This document shows, piece after piece, positions 61,332 to 64,000 of a stretch of 64,000 bases of DNA; the first letter of the stretch is position 1, and the number at the start of each line of letters is the position of its first letter. The translations under genes were made by a program, and so were the position numbers. The notes beneath the pieces are model-generated. The model saw only the letters and a program-made list of their open reading frames with translations. It did no database searches and was not told the DNA's origin. This DNA is from Penicillus capitatus (lineage: Eukaryota > Plantae > Chlorophyta): positions 124,001 through 188,000 of the forward strand of contig OZ287714.1 in assembly GCA_965649825.1 (NCBI GenBank), written 5' to 3'.

Positions 61332-64000
61332 GAGCGTCGAGGTGGATCCGGAACTGGTGCTGACTCGATCGAGAGAAGCATACGCCGATGCCGTTCTGCT
61401 CGGCGTCTGCACGAACAAACCCGTTCTCCTCGAAGGAAAGCCTGCAGTGGGAAAGACTGCTCTGATCAGAGGACTGAGAAAGTTCCGTGGACGCAGCAAC
61501 CCTGTCACTGTTCTGAGCAACAGCGACACCACCACGCTGCAGGACTACTTCGGGACATGGCTGCCCGACAAGGCCGGATTTCATTACTCCAAAGGCGTCC
61601 TCGTTCAAGCCATGGAGAACGGAGACTGGTTCGTGGCAGATGAGTTCAATCTCGCACCCCTCTCCGTAGCCGCAGCACTGATGCCGTTCCTGGAGGGCTC
61701 TCGGGTGGTTCAGATTCCGGGCACCGGCATGACGATCAACGTCCATCCAGAATTCAGATTCTTCGCCACGCAAAATCCATTCCACGGAGGTGGAGACGGA
61801 AGAAAACTCCTGCCAATCACGGTGCAGAACCGTTTCCTGGAGGTGGGTGTGGGCGACTTTCCGGAAGAAGAATTCGCCGACATCATCTACAGGAGATTCC
61901 AGAGGGAAGAGTACAGGGACATCGTGAGCATGGCAGACGCAGAGCGTCTGTCCAGTCTGTACTTTGCGTCCTCCGGGATCTTCCGTCTAACCATGAGAGA
62001 CCTGATCAAGGTGGTTCGCCGTTTCAAGCTTCTCCGAGCAGAGAACGCAGGAGGAACAACATCTTGGGCCGCTGTCGTCATGTCACTGCTCAATCCACTG
62101 GTCTCCACAGAGGACGAAGGACAGCAGCTCCTGTCGCTCATCAGACAGGCATTCGGCGAAGAAGCAGAGATAATCGCAAGATCCTGCAAGGAGAAGCACA
62201 TCCAGGAGACGAGTCACGGGCTCTCGTTTTTCCAGGGACCTCTCTGCGTTTCCTTCAGTGGATATCGACTGGATCGAAGCCGTCTGTGGAAACACGGCAG
62301 TGCTGCGAAGCTCCCTCCCAAGATCTTTCAAGATAAGCTCGTCGAGTTGGCATTCACGATGAAGGCGAGGGAACCAGTGCTCCTGTACGGAGAGACTTCG
62401 TTCAAGACAGAACTGATCAGGACGTGGCTGGAGATCTCTGAGATGATGGACAGGGCACAGATGGTACACTTGACGTCCGATTCCGAAGCGACGGAGCTGA
62501 TCGGCCAAGTGCGTCTAGCATCCACAGTGGAAGTCCTTGAGATGTTGCTGTCCATCGGCAACTTCATTCTCCGAGAGATCGAGGCAGAGCTCATCGTGAG
62601 TGACAAGTCCGAAAACCGACAACTCGACATTCGACGGATTGACTGCGCGAGCGATCTTCCCAGAAGAATCAGTGTACTCAACGAACTCTTCAAGGGAAGA
62701 CTAGGAATTCCAGACGATCGGCTCTCGGCTGCCTCTGTCAGAGATACACAGTCTGCACCCTCTGACACGGATGAGAAAATGGAGGATTCGCCGGCCGCCG
62801 AGTACCAGGGATCCGGTGATGGTTCAAGCAGCGGTACGGAATGGGGAGGATCTGATGAAGAAGGAGGCCCCGTTCAGAGGGAACAGGAATCGATGGACGA
62901 GAACAAGGAGGATTCGCCGGCCGCCGAGGACCAGGGATCCGGTGATGGTTCAAGCAGCGGCACGGAATGGGGAGAAGCTAACGATGAAGACAGAGGCCAG
63001 GTTCAGAGAGAAGAGGAATCGAGGGATGCTGCTGGCAGTTTCTCTGGCGACCGGCACCCAGATGCAGATGCAGAAGTCGAGATCAGCGAAGCAAGGGAAC
63101 GCGCCGAAGAGCCCGAATACAGAGCATTTAACTCAGTCCTCGAAACGGTCAGGGAGATCGTTGATTTGCTCAACGAGGTCTTCGATCAGCACCCACCGGT
63201 TGCCCTGGAACGAGCAGTCCAACGAATGAACCAGTTGTGTGCGTTTATGTCGGATGCCAGTCGGGCTAAGAGCCATGGATGCTTTGTCTTCCGTGATGGT
63301 CCGTTTGTCAATGCCATCACGCTGAAGCACATATGCGTCCTTGAAGACTACGATCGATGTCCACAGTCTGTGACAGAACGACTGAACAGTGCACTCGAAC
63401 TGGATCCGACATTCTCCATTCCTGAGGACACATCTCTCAGCGGAATCGGTGCTGCGACGCTGGATATTCCAGAGACGGGTTACGCGTTCGTAACAACGGC
63501 AAATTTGGAGTCCGCTGCCAAGAAACCGAGACTCTCGGAGGCCACCAAGAGTAGGATCACGCGAATCCACATCCCGGCGTACTCCAGTGAGGATATCATG
63601 TCGATTGTCGATGCGAAGCTCTTCTGCGAGACGAAAGATGATTATCCGAATGAAGCTTCTCAACTGATGGATGCCATCCGAGCCATTCAGTCTGCATCTG
63701 TGGAAGAAACACACGAGAATCCATGCGCCGATTTTCGAAGAACTCTCAGATGGGCCAACTTTGTCATACACCATCCGAGGGAGACCATGACTTTCGAGAG
63801 AATCGTCCTGCTGGGAGCCAGATACTTCTATCTCCTCGGCCTGACGCCAGAACAGCAAAAGAACATCCTGTTGAGTCATTTCGGCGATGAAGTTCGCGCC
63901 TTGGACAAGGCACTCGACGAAGTCAAGGCCACGGAAGGGAACAGCGCCTCCTCCTTTGGCATCACGATCGAAGATCGAATAGGTAGAGGCGATCGATTGG
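56662..64000 (+). CDS. Giant intron-free midasin/Rea1-like multi-AAA+ ATPase, right copy (>=2446 aa, open at window end)
   Basis: Translated codon by codon with no stop. Walker A motifs at 59161 (GASGVGKT), 60487 (GCAGSGKT), 61435 (GKPAVGKT), 62389 (GETSFKT). Walker B: LLDE, IVDN, VADE, VLED. MoxR-clade HPNFRLFATQNP and NRF motifs. Confidence 0.93.
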   Translation, partial: MSRPASKWLELDLLQNALKSSVDGRLEQESLKDARKSVRSFIDNGSIEAGSEELTELGSKALMRCIVYAYSVRVFEQKGAMCGPLARVLEWFVRRTDTETQRDFWDVLLFSRKYNASKLSVGDVTVGKWKKEQRKHNEQPDLGILLELLSIPQSTGQEVDAIVGLVEMALREMRTHLPQPGSPSDSRGQDAEQRALQHIACSPELLTLFVSPLVVKTISQGRIPSDQCLQISVEETTELTWSDGRYDRGRRCTIGPRKRPDALIVDALISLTSLRDVAELISSLSDVYDPSSAFAKSQLRSKILDVIFFSDGVVMFDALCSTLRSTEKRNDALVLDILVYLFQSSFRFGDLPVLTIARFSGFVSFCLRTIGHSIPQDVIDACLRSVTQFQPQTKKEKEWRFERLSLLRFFFADDVALPPVASLDADMFHSLGSLFLFQHRDPDLAHLKKDAEKLSSTLESLSRYCHYADDQFSVFPCLLQLARENGGHFCVPLQNSCSLDMIKRWTKRPGIDDVRVLVDLLLSHEDEEGDWLRLALNWLMESANGQQALQDAEIGESTWAEVRDRFLKLMSDVGGQSIDTVLCLTRLVYLLLNLHPEIVEPALTLVARGIVHFEMPDDEFDLLMGAMTADLRRSDAVMRKLLSAAFDASFSDGSISDTAFFDMLVAFVERQPKEDKRAICRVIRQLVHRVFDLMEKDESDIQTEGLKKLVHLAIEERTDSGTEAEEEADSSQDTHMRPFLSATFPEGKTVQVDTASLDGMKKMVAVFGRRQLNLASASLRKEILSPSEMEGATEGSDDRSSERSASLIPTETTEENIRMIEEIVEHDRSVLLYGASGVGKTATLRELADRRGVELVRLNMSSNLSPEDFLAKISFDPVGQIVLDVQPFARSFEKGDWVLLDEMNLAEESALKVVVDALESGEIVLCDQSSALTPPRILKKHPNFRLFATQNPWQAGKRERMSHAFFSQFSVVHFKELPKQEWDHIVQSTLHRHFEGAETDLIRAVAGKMTGFHCDVREAIQSRCCETGSHTVVTNRELLMWTAMISTAEQLPKTDEELGDYAWLIYGSRFREDGQQLVRDVLSESGLSASQQNAPSGTPLSSFERMVQAYGALTSEGRQGCGFEAGAFWKRHFPAKALPDDSVKTVERCLSIHGDVSRAVLDPDFMRRHGVYSSFSEFWLAQWIADALQTGCFRSDNPEELGRLGAEIYCPAFRTDEARTVILDIFAAKWNVDRASVPFRSSVVPEMPVALNDQSCALLTALVNALRSEQPILIEGCAGSGKTCLAKTIAFLLRNRYEQVTLTAESEPSVMLGEHLPKENSREDIAIEWRDGPLTRSFKDGSACIVDNIGQAEAVLQERVNPVLESPKILCLSEKGETKNLRCRVLADGTVSKVPGPAAGFQFIATHTPKGVASRGYDSSSNELTAALANRFLTVHVDDPARLPDREFCSVLHSMLRCSLCDEHCRQHAEGICDYCLRIRSFLHRQGGRCSFRHFVTFLDIATNLMVRYPQTDARDCLHCALMAAFVFRAKDRQQSSDLLDHMGCRSDVLSRLQLRESVEVDPELVLTRSREAYADAVLLGVCTNKPVLLEGKPAVGKTALIRGLRKFRGRSNPVTVLSNSDTTTLQDYFGTWLPDKAGFHYSKGVLVQAMENGDWFVADEFNLAPLSVAAALMPFLEGSRVVQIPGTGMTINVHPEFRFFATQNPFHGGGDGRKLLPITVQNRFLEVGVGDFPEEEFADIIYRRFQREEYRDIVSMADAERLSSLYFASSGIFRLTMRDLIKVVRRFKLLRAENAGGTTSWAAVVMSLLNPLVSTEDEGQQLLSLIRQAFGEEAEIIARSCKEKHIQETSHGLSFFQGPLCVSFSGYRLDRSRLWKHGSAAKLPPKIFQDKLVELAFTMKAREPVLLYGETSFKTELIRTWLEISEMMDRAQMVHLTSDSEATELIGQVRLASTVEVLEMLLSIGNFILREIEAELIVSDKSENRQLDIRRIDCASDLPRRISVLNELFKGRLGIPDDRLSAASVRDTQSAPSDTDEKMEDSPAAEYQGSGDGSSSGTEWGGSDEEGGPVQREQESMDENKEDSPAAEDQGSGDGSSSGTEWGEANDEDRGQVQREEESRDAAGSFSGDRHPDADAEVEISEARERAEEPEYRAFNSVLETVREIVDLLNEVFDQHPPVALERAVQRMNQLCAFMSDASRAKSHGCFVFRDGPFVNAITLKHICVLEDYDRCPQSVTERLNSALELDPTFSIPEDTSLSGIGAATLDIPETGYAFVTTANLESAAKKPRLSEATKSRITRIHIPAYSSEDIMSIVDAKLFCETKDDYPNEASQLMDAIRAIQSASVEETHENPCADFRRTLRWANFVIHHPRETMTFERIVLLGARYFYLLGLTPEQQKNILLSHFGDEVRALDKALDEVKATEGNSASSFGITIEDRIGRGDRL
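62782..63033 (+). repeat. Two-copy 126-bp (42-aa) acidic tandem repeat inside the AAA ORF
   Basis: GAGGATTCGCCGGCCGCCGAG starts at 62782 and 62908; unit EDSPAAE(Y/D)QGSGDGSSSGTEWG...VQRE(Q/E)ES. Confidence 0.95.

Noticed and set aside
56662-64000. Calling the AAA gene canonical MDN1
   Set aside because: Motif order fits, but the N-terminus length, degenerate sites and duplication do not, and the diagnostic C-terminus is not visible. No symbol assigned.
1-64000. CRISPR arrays, tRNA or rRNA genes
   Set aside because: No regularly spaced repeat-spacer array, cloverleaf with A/B boxes, or rRNA-like sequence was seen.

Overview
Compact, intron-dense eukaryotic DNA, most consistent with a chlorophyte green alga (myosin XI, chloroplast CAS, gamma-tocopherol methyltransferase, kinase-PP2C fusion, complex I gamma-CA; most introns ~45-65 nt; standard stop codons). 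The dominant structure is a long inverted duplication: 1..7144 mirrors 54182..61331, and the left arm runs off the window. The arms bracket a 47-kb block of ordinary single-copy genes (COPA, STT3, myosin XI, SNF7, NASP and others). Each arm carries eIF3m head-to-head with a giant, intron-free, highly divergent midasin/Rea1-like multi-AAA+ gene. The right copy is an unbroken ORF from 56662 past the window end (>=2446 codons). It has an ~830-aa N-terminal extension, alternating intact and degenerate ATPase sites, a duplicated lid region and an acidic tandem-repeat insert. The ORF track misses both copies because neither has a stop inside the window. The right arm is joined to the 3' remnant of another gene and lies ~0.9 kb from a decayed LINE with an 11-bp target-site duplication. 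Other notable points: many GC-AG introns, same-strand gene pairs with very short gaps (candidate bicistrons), a secreted ankyrin-like/catalytically dead trypsin fusion, a small secreted prepropeptide, and a long last myosin intron with a possible alternative terminal exon. Exon models and family calls were made by eye with no database search.
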